Part shown: positions 37,945-46,708 of the stretch, piece after piece
Layout: the number at the start of each line of letters is the position of its first letter
Numbering within the stretch: position 1 is the first letter of the stretch
DNA from: a virus
Length of the DNA: 64,000 bases
Strand: one strand, 5' to 3'
Virus record (IMG/VR): IMGVR_UViG_3300028840_003851
Translations under genes and position numbers: made by a program
The notes under the pieces: model-generated
Told to the model about the DNA's origin: nothing
Seen by the model: the letters and a program-made list of their open reading frames with translations, nothing else
Databases searched by the model: none

Positions 37945-38221
37945 AGCTCTCCTCTAGCTCTTTCATCTTGTCAGACGTGCTCCTGCTTAAAGACATGGGT
38001 GGGCTCTGCCAGTGCCGCACCTCAATGCCTTCAAGCTCGATGAACCTTTTGAAGCCTAGGTGCTCTCCGCACTCTCTGCAGTACCTGAAAACTTTGGCAG
38101 TGCCGTCGGCAAATACACGGTCCACCCATCTCTCCTCGTCCACCCGGAGAAGATGCTTGAGCTCGTGCCACCAGCTAAGCTTCAGAACGGGGGCTCTTCC
38201 TGTCCTTCTGTATGGGCTCAT
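37928..38221 (-). CDS. hypothetical protein
   Basis: 97 aa with CREC. Confidence 0.5.
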   Translation of the reverse strand: MSPYRRTGRAPVLKLSWWHELKHLLRVDEERWVDRVFADGTAKVFRYCRECGEHLGFKRFIELEGIEVRHWQSPPMSLSRSTSDKMKELEESYEQPN

Positions 38222-38360
38222 CCTTAATCCTGCACACGGGGTAGGTCCAGTCGCAAGAGACTTTTAGAACAGACCAGCGCGTCTTGCACTCCGGACAGGT
38301 GTACGCTCGTCCAAGGTTGTCGAGCTGCACAGGGGCATCACATGTCGGGCATCTGTCCAT
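38175..38360 (-). CDS. small zinc-ribbon protein
   Basis: CPTC...CPEC. Confidence 0.55.
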   Translation of the reverse strand: MDRCPTCDAPVQLDNLGRAYTCPECKTRWSVLKVSCDWTYPVCRIKDEPIQKDRKSPRSEA

Positions 38361-38363
38361 GGC

Positions 38364-39647
38364 TTACTGTCCGCTCTGAATCCTGTACCGCCTTCGTAGA
38401 CCAGCCTCGGAGGTAGGCATTAAGGCACCAGTGAGGTACTCACCTGTTGCTCTGGCTGCTCTTGCTGGCATGCTTGGACTGTACTTGAGGTGCTCATGGA
38501 TGGCCTCACCACCAAGACCAAGTGCAGCTAGCTCAGCTGCTGCGGGAGTGAGTGCTAGTGCTCCGCCGGCCAACCTAGCGCCTCTTCCACCACCTAGAGC
38601 CTCTGTTAGCTGCTGACCTGCCTCTCTGAAACCAGCCTTAGCAGCACCACGAGCCCTGCGTGCTCCGTGTATCCCCTTACCTAGAACCTTACCAACCAAG
38701 GCTCCCTTTCCAGCCTCCTTAATCTGTCCTGCTTGGATGATAAAGGTGGTAATCCCATCAAGATGACTACGTACCTCTTCCTCTGTCGCTCTAACATGTG
38801 CTAGCTTTTTAAGCGTTGTACAGAAGGTGTCGTAGGTTTTAACAAGAGGATGCTCGATGTTGACCATCGCCGCAGTCTTGGTAAACCTGCTCAAAGAGGC
38901 CGCTACATCACCTCTTCCTTTATAGACATTTTCTCTTAGTAAAGTAGGTGTAATAAACCTAAACGCAACCTTCGCCATCTCTGGCTCATGTCCTGTTGCT
39001 GCCCAAGCTTGAAGTACATCACCTAGGTCTGTGCCTTTGAGCGCTGCCTCTTTTACCTGTCTGTACAGTAGCTCATGCTCCACCATGAGATTGGTCTCTA
39101 GGGAGGATAGCTGGGACATGAGGTCCCCGTGTGCCCCGGCGAGCTTGTGCCTTAAGCGGATGGAGTCTTGTAGGGGGTCAGCATATGGTGCCTCGGGCCT
39201 GCCACCTGTTTTGAACGCTTCATCTAGGTGGTCTGGGATGCCTAATCTGTGCCTCGCTGCATCCGCTTTCTTGGTGAGGTCCTCTGGGGGTAGGTCGTAG
39301 TCTGATGATAGGGGACGTGCTGGCTCCGGCGCTCCGCCGTCGTTTAGGTCTCGCAGAACATCACCAGGGTCTGCCGGTCCTCCTTGAAGCTCAACGTAGC
39401 GATGGCTTCCGCACTTCTCGAGCTCGTTGAGGTATGCCGCTGTGTTTGCGAACTCCACCACTCGGCGAACCTGCTCTGGTGATAGTGCAGATGTCTTGAT
39501 GGTCTCTATCAGGGCCTCCTGTACGGTGGCGTACTGCCCTTGGGTGTAGAGCTTGGCTGCGTGCTTGCCGAAGGTCTCCAGCTCCAAGCCGGAGATGGGA
39601 GTAGCCTTCTGCTGCTGTTGCTGTAGGAGCTGGGGTAGGTCACTCAT
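38364..39647 (-). CDS. head-associated protein with many K-x-A sites
   Basis: HKLAG, VKEAA, AKVAF, TKTAA, KKLAH, IKEAG plus C-terminal glycine zipper; LSPEQVRRVVEFANTAAY. Confidence 0.65.
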   Translation of the reverse strand: MSDLPQLLQQQQQKATPISGLELETFGKHAAKLYTQGQYATVQEALIETIKTSALSPEQVRRVVEFANTAAYLNELEKCGSHRYVELQGGPADPGDVLRDLNDGGAPEPARPLSSDYDLPPEDLTKKADAARHRLGIPDHLDEAFKTGGRPEAPYADPLQDSIRLRHKLAGAHGDLMSQLSSLETNLMVEHELLYRQVKEAALKGTDLGDVLQAWAATGHEPEMAKVAFRFITPTLLRENVYKGRGDVAASLSRFTKTAAMVNIEHPLVKTYDTFCTTLKKLAHVRATEEEVRSHLDGITTFIIQAGQIKEAGKGALVGKVLGKGIHGARRARGAAKAGFREAGQQLTEALGGGRGARLAGGALALTPAAAELAALGLGGEAIHEHLKYSPSMPARAARATGEYLTGALMPTSEAGLRRRYRIQSGQ

Positions 39648-39709
39648 GCTTAAAGGCTACAGCAGTGGCTAGATGTAAGGGAAGATGAAAGAATAGGCAG
39701 ATAACCTGT

Positions 39710-39723
39710 ATAAGACCCCTGAT
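39710..39723 (+). promoter_or_regulatory. ATAAGA-N4-TGRT promoter-like motif
   Basis: ataaga cccc tgat overlapping ATG 39722. Confidence 0.55.
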
Positions 39724-39997
39724 GAGCAATCTAAAAACTAGCGAGGCTATTAACACGTTGGTTCATGCCGTAGGTGGTAGGTACCTAAGGCACAACAGAA
39801 GGAGGGCCACTTCGGCAGCCAAGTACCTACAGGGACTTGATGAGGATACGAGGGAGCTTGTCTCCCGCTCCCTCAAGGAGAAAGGTTACGAGCTAGACGA
39901 GGCCATCTGCGGGTGGGAGTACTACCGTACCCCCGCAGGCTCCGTATGCATCAACAACGACGGGGTGCGCTTCACCCCTTGGTGGCCTGGTAAGTAA
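39722..39997 (+). CDS. hypothetical protein, probably leaderless
   Basis: 91 aa. Confidence 0.55.
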   Translation: MSNLKTSEAINTLVHAVGGRYLRHNRRRATSAAKYLQGLDEDTRELVSRSLKEKGYELDEAICGWEYYRTPAGSVCINNDGVRFTPWWPGK

Positions 39998-40006
39998 GGA
40001 GTAAGC

Positions 40007-40111
40007 ATGAGTAAGTGTAAAAGGTGTAGAAGGCTGAAGAGATACAAGAACAGACTTAAGATAGCGTTGGCGCTCTTGAGCGCCAACGGGATAGAGATGC
40101 CCGAAGAGTGA
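40007..40111 (+). CDS. 34-aa basic peptide
   Basis: AAGGAG RBS; MSKCKRCRRLKRYKNRLKIALALLSANGIEMPEE. Confidence 0.45.
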   Translation: MSKCKRCRRLKRYKNRLKIALALLSANGIEMPEE

Positions 40112-40116
40112 TGACA

Positions 40117-40146
40117 GGGGGGGCTCACCCCCCTTTTTTAGCTACC
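40117..40146 (+). terminator. terminator hairpin with TTTTTT-AGCTAC tail
   Basis: gggggg-gctca-cccccc then tttttt agctacc. Confidence 0.6.
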
Positions 40147-40158
40147 AGGAGTAAGCTG

Positions 40159-40491
40159 ATGAAGGTGACCGACGACATGCTGATGGAGATGAGCTGTAAG
40201 CTACTAGATGAGCTTAGAGGAGAATCCTCTAGAGTTGGGGTGTGTGCCCTGCTGCTCGTGTGCATATCCTGCATGAGTGGCGAATACGATGAGGAAGATG
40301 ATGATGCGGCTGATATGGCTAGAAGAATAGAGGAGTCCCTACGGCAGTTCGCTGAAGATGAGGGTCTGGATGACTTTGCACTCCTAGAGCTCTCTCTTCT
40401 TTCATGTGCAGGGACGGCACACGCCGCTATAGAAGCTATTTTGAAAGAGTTTAGAGCGGCAACCACCCTTCCTGATAAAGAGCTCAACTAG
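40159..40491 (+). CDS. helical protein, paralog of 41183..41503
   Basis: VTD.M, CALLLV, GLDDF and AI.AILK shared. Confidence 0.65.
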   Translation: MKVTDDMLMEMSCKLLDELRGESSRVGVCALLLVCISCMSGEYDEEDDDAADMARRIEESLRQFAEDEGLDDFALLELSLLSCAGTAHAAIEAILKEFRAATTLPDKELN

Positions 40492-40493
40492 CC

Positions 40494-40919
40494 ATGTTTA
40501 AGGTAGGAGACAAGGTAGGAGACCTCACTGTACTAAGGGCTACAGATAGGAGGTACAAGGGGGGCATACTTTGGGAGTGCAGCTGTGTCTGTGGTTGTCC
40601 TCAAGAGAGAACAACCAACCAGCTTAACAACTCATTAAAGTACGGAAGAGCACCTAAGTGCCCTAGGTGCTTGTCGCTATACCGAAAAAGAAAGATAGCG
40701 TACCTACGGTTGTGGCAGTGCCACGGTACGCTGTACCCTACTTGGTGGTCAGAGATGACTCGAGCGGAGCTCATGGACGAGCTCATCGAGGATATTGCAC
40801 CACTACGAGCACTGAGCGTTCGGGAGATTAATGAGATGCCCCCTACCCCTATCTCTGCTCTTGATGATGTTTGGGATGGGACAGCTGGGGACATCGATTT
40901 AGAGAATGACTGGGAGTAA
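40494..40919 (+). CDS. protein with HNH-endonuclease-type N-terminal zinc module, no nuclease core
   Basis: VGDLTVLR...LWECSCVCG resembles the N-terminus of 14706..15368. Confidence 0.55.
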   Translation: MFKVGDKVGDLTVLRATDRRYKGGILWECSCVCGCPQERTTNQLNNSLKYGRAPKCPRCLSLYRKRKIAYLRLWQCHGTLYPTWWSEMTRAELMDELIEDIAPLRALSVREINEMPPTPISALDDVWDGTAGDIDLENDWE

Positions 40920-40934
40920 AGCAATGGTAGTTGA

Positions 40935-41132
40935 GGAGCTAAGGGGGCGAAAGCCATTGCCACCTCTGATAGCCTACGTAATCTCACCACTCTTGACCTG
41001 TGGGGCAACTACCTAGGAGCCGCAGGAATGAAAGCGTTGCTTCATTCCACCTTCCTCACAGACTCTGTGAAAGAGAAGGCAGTGGCTAGGCCCCTACGAG
41101 CGCAACAAGGACAACGGGCCGCTGCTGACTAA
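40935..41132 (+). pseudogene. startless leucine-rich-repeat gene relic
   Basis: GAKGAKAIATSDSLRNLTTLDLWGNYLGAAGMKALLHS, in-frame TGA immediately upstream. Confidence 0.55.
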
Positions 41133-41182
41133 GGACCACATCCTACCGGATGAGATGGTTGAACGCGTGATAGGAGACAACA

Positions 41183-41503
41183 ATGAGTAGGGTAACAGAT
41201 GAGATGAAGAAGGAGCTGGTAGCAGTGCTCTCCAAGGAGCTGGCTGACAGCGCGCTTAACGAGGGAGCTTGTGCACTCCTTCTGGTGAGCATGGCTTCAC
41301 TGTGCTCCTACACAGTGAGCGTAAAAATAAGAGACCTTGCTGCAACCCTCGAAGAGGCTATAACCAACTTCGCGAGTAGAAAGGGTCTAGATGACTTTGA
41401 GAGGGTAGAGCTAGCCCTCGCAGTGTGCAATAGGTCGTCTTATCTGGCGATAAACGCCATTCTTAAGAAGGTGTACGAAGAGAACCGTAGGGCACTGAAC
41501 TAG
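41183..41503 (+). CDS. helical protein, paralog of 40159..40491
   Basis: Shared motifs; AGGAG RBS. Confidence 0.65.
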   Translation: MSRVTDEMKKELVAVLSKELADSALNEGACALLLVSMASLCSYTVSVKIRDLAATLEEAITNFASRKGLDDFERVELALAVCNRSSYLAINAILKKVYEENRRALN

Positions 41504-41512
41504 GAGGAAGAG

Positions 41513-41827
41513 ATGCCGAGTAAGAACGCTATGAGGATGGCTACGCACGTAACCATCGAGAAGACCCTTCTAGAGGCCACCCCGCCACAGCGTATGGTAG
41601 TACTGTTAAAGGTGCTGCTAGGATTTGCTTGTGTGCATGAAGGGATGTCCGAGGGGGGAGGGGAGGTAGAGGACCTGTCCTTGGAGCTGCTGGGGGCTAT
41701 TGTGGAAATGGCCAAGGACCATGACCTAGGTGAGGACGAGCTTACCTGGGCTGCCTTTGACGGCTGCTCAAGAGCGCTGTCTGAGGCTCTTAAGTCGAAG
41801 GTAGAGCAGCTAGAGGAGAAGCTCTAG
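41513..41827 (+). CDS. helical protein, possible distant third paralog
   Basis: AGGAGG RBS; similar length and helix pattern. Confidence 0.6.
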   Translation: MPSKNAMRMATHVTIEKTLLEATPPQRMVVLLKVLLGFACVHEGMSEGGGEVEDLSLELLGAIVEMAKDHDLGEDELTWAAFDGCSRALSEALKSKVEQLEEKL

Positions 41828-41861
41828 CGGTACCCCATGAAAGGGCGTCTGTAAACTCTGT

Positions 41862-41875
41862 ATAAGAGCGCTGGT
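41862..41875 (+). promoter_or_regulatory. ATAAGA-N4-TGRT promoter-like motif
   Basis: ataaga gcgc tggt upstream of 41898. Confidence 0.55.
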
Positions 41876-41897
41876 GGGACACACCTAGGAGGCTACG

Positions 41898-42203
41898 ATG
41901 AACGTAGATGATGTCCTTCAGCGCATGTCCGCTAATGGGCTCACAGAGGCAGACATGGTGGAGGTTTTACTCCAGGACCCATCGCTGGTCTTGGAGCTTT
42001 TGCACGCGTACAAGGCAGAGCGTGTTCTGACAAGAACGTACAAGGAGAGCTGGGAGGAGGTGAAGACTGTTCTCCGCTCCCAGCGCCTTGAGGTACATGC
42101 TTTGCGCCAACAGCTTAAGCTTAAGGAAGGAGCAATAGAAGCCTACTACGGGCAGCTAAATCAGATGCTCGAAGAGGACATGCCCTCGTCATCTGGCTTT
42201 TAA
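41898..42203 (+). CDS. coiled-coil protein
   Basis: AGGAGG RBS; 101 aa. Confidence 0.65.
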   Translation: MNVDDVLQRMSANGLTEADMVEVLLQDPSLVLELLHAYKAERVLTRTYKESWEEVKTVLRSQRLEVHALRQQLKLKEGAIEAYYGQLNQMLEEDMPSSSGF

Positions 42204-42209
42204 TCTTAC

Positions 42210-42235
42210 GGGGGGCGTGCCCCCTTTTTTAGCTT
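42210..42235 (+). terminator. terminator hairpin with TTTTTT-AGCT tail
   Basis: ggggg-cgtg-ccccc then tttttt agct. Confidence 0.55.
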
Positions 42236-42266
42236 GAGAAACCACAATCAAAGAGGAGGTAAGTAC

Positions 42267-43049
42267 ATGACTAAAAGAGACGACGAGAAGCTGCAAGATG
42301 CCCTATACGCTGTAATGGATGACAGGAGCAGCCGGGATAAGTGGGAGAAGCTAGCTACTTTACTCCTACATAAGGGAGATAGGAGAGGAGAGGTTATAAG
42401 CCTCGCATACATGATGAAGGACATAACTGCCATGCTCGTGGGGCTAGAAAAGTCTCTTAGTAGAGAGGTACCCAAGGGCGTAGACACTGCAGAAACCCTT
42501 CACGGGTTTGTTACCTCCGCTACTGTGCATGTATCCTCCACCACGTGGCTACGTAAGGTCCTAGAACACCGTAGCATGGCTCTAGTAGAGTCACTAAGCG
42601 TACACTACTCCCCTAATAAGAAGCAAAGGGCTAACCCGGACCATCTCATGGATGCTGTAAAAGCTCTCAATGCTAGTAGACCCACTGTACTCACACTCGT
42701 GGATTGGGGTATAGGCAATAAGGAGATTATACAGCTGGCAGCACAAGCATGTCTAAGTCGGGTAGAGCACCTAAACATCGGACCCGGTAAGGTGAGCAAG
42801 CCGGGCGTAGAGGCGCTAGTACGCTCCCAACATCTAAGGAAGCTAGAGCAGCTAGACATGAGAGGCAACCCTATATCTAACGCAGACGCTCGCAGCGTAC
42901 TAGAGGCTAAAGGGCTTCTTAGCCTAGCCAGACTTGTAGCGTCTGGCAGGGGATGCAGTACCTTCGTACTCCATAAAAGTAACTACACTGAGGCTATGCT
43001 GGGTGGTCTACCATCCGCAGCGGAGACGGAGGAGTACAACGTCATATAG
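42267..43049 (+). CDS. TIGR02996-like repeat-companion domain + leucine-rich repeats
   Basis: LATLLLHKGDRRGEVISL resembles ADWL.ERGDPRGE.I.L; LSRVEHLNIG..V...GVEAL..S..LRKLEQLDMRGN.I LRRs; GAGGAGGT RBS. Confidence 0.65.
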   Translation: MTKRDDEKLQDALYAVMDDRSSRDKWEKLATLLLHKGDRRGEVISLAYMMKDITAMLVGLEKSLSREVPKGVDTAETLHGFVTSATVHVSSTTWLRKVLEHRSMALVESLSVHYSPNKKQRANPDHLMDAVKALNASRPTVLTLVDWGIGNKEIIQLAAQACLSRVEHLNIGPGKVSKPGVEALVRSQHLRKLEQLDMRGNPISNADARSVLEAKGLLSLARLVASGRGCSTFVLHKSNYTEAMLGGLPSAAETEEYNVI

Positions 43050-43118
43050 GTGGAAGACTAGTAGCAATTCTAGTAGAAGAGACGTGGTTAAGCACATGCG
43101 CCTAATAAGGAGAGAACA

Positions 43119-43379
43119 ATGAGTTTTAAGAAGCGAAGGCCAGACTTCGGTGCCTACCTCCCTATCTTTGATAGTGCGGGAGAGCAAAAGTGGTTAGAGT
43201 GCGGAGCAGCGTGGGAGTCTAAGGAGGGCAGTATCTCAGTGAAGCTGGACACGTTTCCGGTACAGTACCTTTCTAAACCACCACAAGATAGAGTGAGCAT
43301 CGTGCTGCACCCTAAACGATACAGGGGTGAGCTAAAGTGCACGCAGAGCGACGAAGTAGAGCAAGAGATACCGTTCTAG
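43119..43379 (+). CDS. small beta-barrel protein (SSB-like candidate)
   Basis: WLECGAAW..K.GSISVKLD..P motif and acidic EIPF C-terminus. Confidence 0.55.
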   Translation: MSFKKRRPDFGAYLPIFDSAGEQKWLECGAAWESKEGSISVKLDTFPVQYLSKPPQDRVSIVLHPKRYRGELKCTQSDEVEQEIPF

Positions 43380-43388
43380 GAGGTAAAG

Positions 43389-43634
43389 ATGAAGAAGAGA
43401 GTAACCGTAACGATAAGTGGTACGCCCAAGTCTGGTAAGTCAACCATCGCGCAGATGGTTGCGTCTATGCTGGTGGCAGAAGGGATAGCTGTAACCTTCT
43501 TCGACGACCAGGAGCCGGCCGAGCCCTTACCGCCTCCGCCGTACAAGATTACGACGATGGCGAAGGAGGGGAGCGTAATTGTGAACACGGTGCAGGAGAG
43601 TAGAAGAGCCCAGAGAGGTAGCGGAGGAGAGTGA
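43389..43634 (+). CDS. short protein with an isolated Walker A motif
   Basis: VTISGTPKSGKSTIA; 81 aa, no rest of an NTPase fold. Confidence 0.55.
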   Translation: MKKRVTVTISGTPKSGKSTIAQMVASMLVAEGIAVTFFDDQEPAEPLPPPPYKITTMAKEGSVIVNTVQESRRAQRGSGGE

Positions 43635-44740
43635 TGAGCACGTTGAAGTATATGCTGGAGGAGGTTCTAAAGAATAAGCGCGGGAGGGCATCTGTAGCCT
43701 GTCTGCTATTCGCTAACGTGGTGGAGGGCGAGGACTCGTTCCCGCCAGACAGCAGGGGAGACTCCGCCCATAGGGATGCCCCTCTCAACGAGTGCGACCT
43801 CACAGTTAAGGTCGTGCTATCAGCTAGCGGAGAGGAGCAGGATAGGTTCCTGTGCTTCCGCAAAGCAAGGGGAGACGAGATTGACCCCCTCGAGGTAGAG
43901 GGGGAGACAATTGAGCTGAGCATGCCCGAGCTTAGAAAGCTTCTAACCTCAAACGACGACCTTAGCAGCGCCCTAACCCGCACCCAGATACGGTGTAACG
44001 AGCTCCTTGAAGAGACACGCGCGCAGCGCAGACAGCTTAAAGAAGCTAGCTTCTCCTCTATGTACGGTACCTGTACTCCGCCAAGAATAGCTGGGTGTAA
44101 CGTCGGAGAGGAACCTTGCGCACACAAAGCTGCGTTCATGAAACGCGTGCTGCCCTACACTGTGGCAGCTAAGGACAGAGAGCTCTCAGAGGAGCTAATG
44201 TCCGACTTCGCCAACATGCTCACCTCTAACAAGGAGATTGCCAAGTCCATTCAGGATGAAGGCGAGGTAGACACGCTCGTAAGGTTCGCCAGAAACCTAG
44301 TACACAAGAATGAGGAGCTTAACCAGCGTGTCGCGCAGATGGAGGAGGACGCTGAAAGGCTGGTTAAGATGACGGAGGCGAGAGAAAGGAGGGAGGAGGT
44401 CGAGCGGCTTACGAAGGAGCTTGATGAGTACCAGGAGAGAGAGAAGGATGGTCCTGCATGTGACCATTGCGGCGTCCACTCACCCTCCCATCGGCTAATC
44501 TGCTACCCCTGCGCGAATAAGAAAACAAGGGAGGTAGAGGACCAGCTTAAGGAGAAGGTAGATGCGCTGTCACGCCTAACAGCTGGAAAGCTGGCGGCAG
44601 ACCAACGGCACGGTAACGAGGTGATAAAGCTCAGAGAGCGTATCGAGACCTTAAAGCAGGGTTTGCAGAGGTATAAAGACCTTCTCAAGAGTCATAGGGA
44701 GCTTGAGACCATGTGGGACAAGCTGTACCAGGCAGACTAG
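43631..44740 (+). CDS. coiled-coil protein with zinc-finger insertions
   Basis: Long heptads; CDHC...CYPC. Confidence 0.65.
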   Translation: MMSTLKYMLEEVLKNKRGRASVACLLFANVVEGEDSFPPDSRGDSAHRDAPLNECDLTVKVVLSASGEEQDRFLCFRKARGDEIDPLEVEGETIELSMPELRKLLTSNDDLSSALTRTQIRCNELLEETRAQRRQLKEASFSSMYGTCTPPRIAGCNVGEEPCAHKAAFMKRVLPYTVAAKDRELSEELMSDFANMLTSNKEIAKSIQDEGEVDTLVRFARNLVHKNEELNQRVAQMEEDAERLVKMTEARERREEVERLTKELDEYQEREKDGPACDHCGVHSPSHRLICYPCANKKTREVEDQLKEKVDALSRLTAGKLAADQRHGNEVIKLRERIETLKQGLQRYKDLLKSHRELETMWDKLYQAD

Positions 44741-44797
44741 TTGGCATCTAGGGGGGAGTAGGGATACTCTACTCCCCTGCCTTTAGGAGCTAAAAGA

Positions 44798-45121
44798 ATG
44801 AGACAAGCCGAGGATACCGTGCTTCCGTACTGGGTGTGGGAGCTTAGACACAGGGCCCACACTGTGGAGACTCAGGTAGACTACATGAAGGAGATAGTCC
44901 TGACTAAGTACACCGCGTACGAGGGTTCCATGCCCGATGACATCCTAGACATCGTGGTAGAGGAGCTAGAAGTACAAGATGGCTCCGGCAACGCCGTGGT
45001 TGCCCTCCAGCTTAAAGGGTACTGCGCTCTATTCGCTTGGAAATGTGTACGCATCGTACAGGCGTACCTAGCCGGAGAGCTCACGAAGCTGCAAGCTTCA
45101 ACAGTTATCAGTCAGCTGTAA
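44798..45121 (+). CDS. hypothetical protein
   Basis: AGGAG RBS; 107 aa. Confidence 0.6.
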   Translation: MRQAEDTVLPYWVWELRHRAHTVETQVDYMKEIVLTKYTAYEGSMPDDILDIVVEELEVQDGSGNAVVALQLKGYCALFAWKCVRIVQAYLAGELTKLQASTVISQL

Positions 45122-45130
45122 GGAGAGAGC

Positions 45131-45298
45131 ATGGAGGAGACGACCCTAGAGAAGAAGGATGTTGAGAGCGGTAACAAGCTTCTCAAGCACATAGAGCGGC
45201 AGAAGGCTAAAGCCGCCGCACGTAGAAACAAGGTAGCTAAGCTACGAAAGGAGAGGAAGAGAAGAAGGAGGAGGATAAAGAGAAACAATGGGCGGTAG
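45131..45298 (+). CDS. very basic 55-aa protein
   Basis: AAGGAG RBS; ...KLRKERKRRRRRIKRNNGR. Confidence 0.45.
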   Translation: MEETTLEKKDVESGNKLLKHIERQKAKAAARRNKVAKLRKERKRRRRRIKRNNGR

Positions 45299-45509
45299 AG
45301 AGCAGCTAACGAAGGAGATTATAATAGACATAGCTGTAAGACATCTGACGCCAGAGGAGCTAGAATGGGTGGGTAGGGTGTTCAAAAACAACCCAAAGAA
45401 GGTGTACGCTGCTGCTCACCTAAAAGAAGGCGTCATAGGTGACGAAGCAGCTGTGGCAGAGTGGTTAAAGGAGCTGGCACAGTCAGCCCTCATGGGAGGA
45501 GACGCCTAG
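45288..45509 (+). CDS. hypothetical protein
   Basis: 73 aa. Confidence 0.55.
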   Translation: MGGREQLTKEIIIDIAVRHLTPEELEWVGRVFKNNPKKVYAAAHLKEGVIGDEAAVAEWLKELAQSALMGGDA

Positions 45510-45512
45510 AAA

Positions 45513-45998
45513 GTGAACAACATGGGATGTGAGGTTGATAAAGCTCTCGAGAGAATTACTCGCGAGGGAATGGTAAGAGACCCCGTAGATGAGGTAGCGC
45601 TGGATGCGCTGGATGAGCTGGGGGACGTGCTCTTAAACGAGTACCCGTTCATACGCTATGTATACGAAGTGAAAGGAAAGGAGAAGGTTACCAGCCACGT
45701 TCTAATAGGTACGCTGGCGGGCTACACAGAGTCAGGAAAGAAGGTCATGTCTGATGGGACCATCGCAGAGATGGTCTTCAAGAAGAGACGGGATGCGAAG
45801 CTTCTTGTAGACAAACGAGACGGATGGAGCCTTCGCATGTACGTCGTCCCATTCTCCCCGAACATGCGCATTCGATTCTGGATACATGTGGAGGAGCCAG
45901 GGTTCTATGGAGACCTTCAGGGCTCCCGAAAGTTCCTTGTCTCAGATGACAAGGAGGTAAGAGAGGTAACGAAGGAGGAGTACGAGAGGAGACGGTAA
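45513..45998 (+). CDS. hypothetical protein
   Basis: 161 aa; start GTG 45513 or ATG 45522. Confidence 0.6.
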   Translation: MNNMGCEVDKALERITREGMVRDPVDEVALDALDELGDVLLNEYPFIRYVYEVKGKEKVTSHVLIGTLAGYTESGKKVMSDGTIAEMVFKKRRDAKLLVDKRDGWSLRMYVVPFSPNMRIRFWIHVEEPGFYGDLQGSRKFLVSDDKEVREVTKEEYERRR

Positions 45999-46012
45999 AC
46001 AGGTAAGACGAG

Positions 46013-46702
46013 CTAAGGAGGGAAGGCGAGGGAGAGCACCTTGTCGTGGGTGTCCTTTATGGGGAATACCTCTGCGGCCTTGTCTCTCCCAAAGCGCAGC
46101 CTAACGTAGAAGTAGGCTACGTTCCTGACATTGTTTCGGGCCATGCTGAGGTAGCCGTACGCTACCTCAGTCTCCTTTACCATGTAGCTGCTAAGGGCCT
46201 TTACGCTCATGCTTTCTGCTAGCTCCAAAAACAGCTTCCACGGCTCCTTGTACCCCAGTCTGTCCAGCTGCTCCAGATGCTCCTCTCCAAGAGCGTAGAA
46301 CACCTTAGACCACTGCAGCATCTCCGCTACTGATGGGTTGCCAGGCATGTCCAGCTGCTCCTTAGCCCGTCGGTATAGGTCCCTGGCGTCATCATCACTG
46401 AGTATCAACGCAGGGACGTTTACTCCTAGGACATCCATGAGCCGCTTCAAGGTCCTCTCTGCACTTCTGCTAGCTACATGAGCCTGAAGAGCTACAGCAG
46501 CCACTGCAGGCAGGTCCCAGCGCCGCCCCATGGCCTCCTTAAGCACGGCCACGTCCTCGGCACGTATGGCTAGCCTGGCCCTTCCACCGCTACCCTGCCT
46601 TGCGCTTAGGATGCCCTCCCTTAGGTACTTGTAGACCGTTACACGGTCCACTCCAAGCTCCTTAGCTGCCTCCTCGGGGGTTAGAGTATCCTCGTCGTCC
46701 AT
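46013..46702 (-). CDS. helix-turn-helix (excisionase/MerR-like) DNA-binding protein
   Basis: LTPEEAAKELGVDRVTVYKYLREGIL N-terminal HTH. Confidence 0.75.
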   Translation of the reverse strand: MDDEDTLTPEEAAKELGVDRVTVYKYLREGILSARQGSGGRARLAIRAEDVAVLKEAMGRRWDLPAVAAVALQAHVASRSAERTLKRLMDVLGVNVPALILSDDDARDLYRRAKEQLDMPGNPSVAEMLQWSKVFYALGEEHLEQLDRLGYKEPWKLFLELAESMSVKALSSYMVKETEVAYGYLSMARNNVRNVAYFYVRLRFGRDKAAEVFPIKDTHDKVLSLAFPP

Positions 46703-46708
46703 TTTTAT

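Noticed and set aside
43389-43634. Walker A motif suggesting a frameshifted or split ATPase
   Set aside because: The downstream ORF has no Walker B or other NTPase elements and there is no slippery site; treated as a small stand-alone protein
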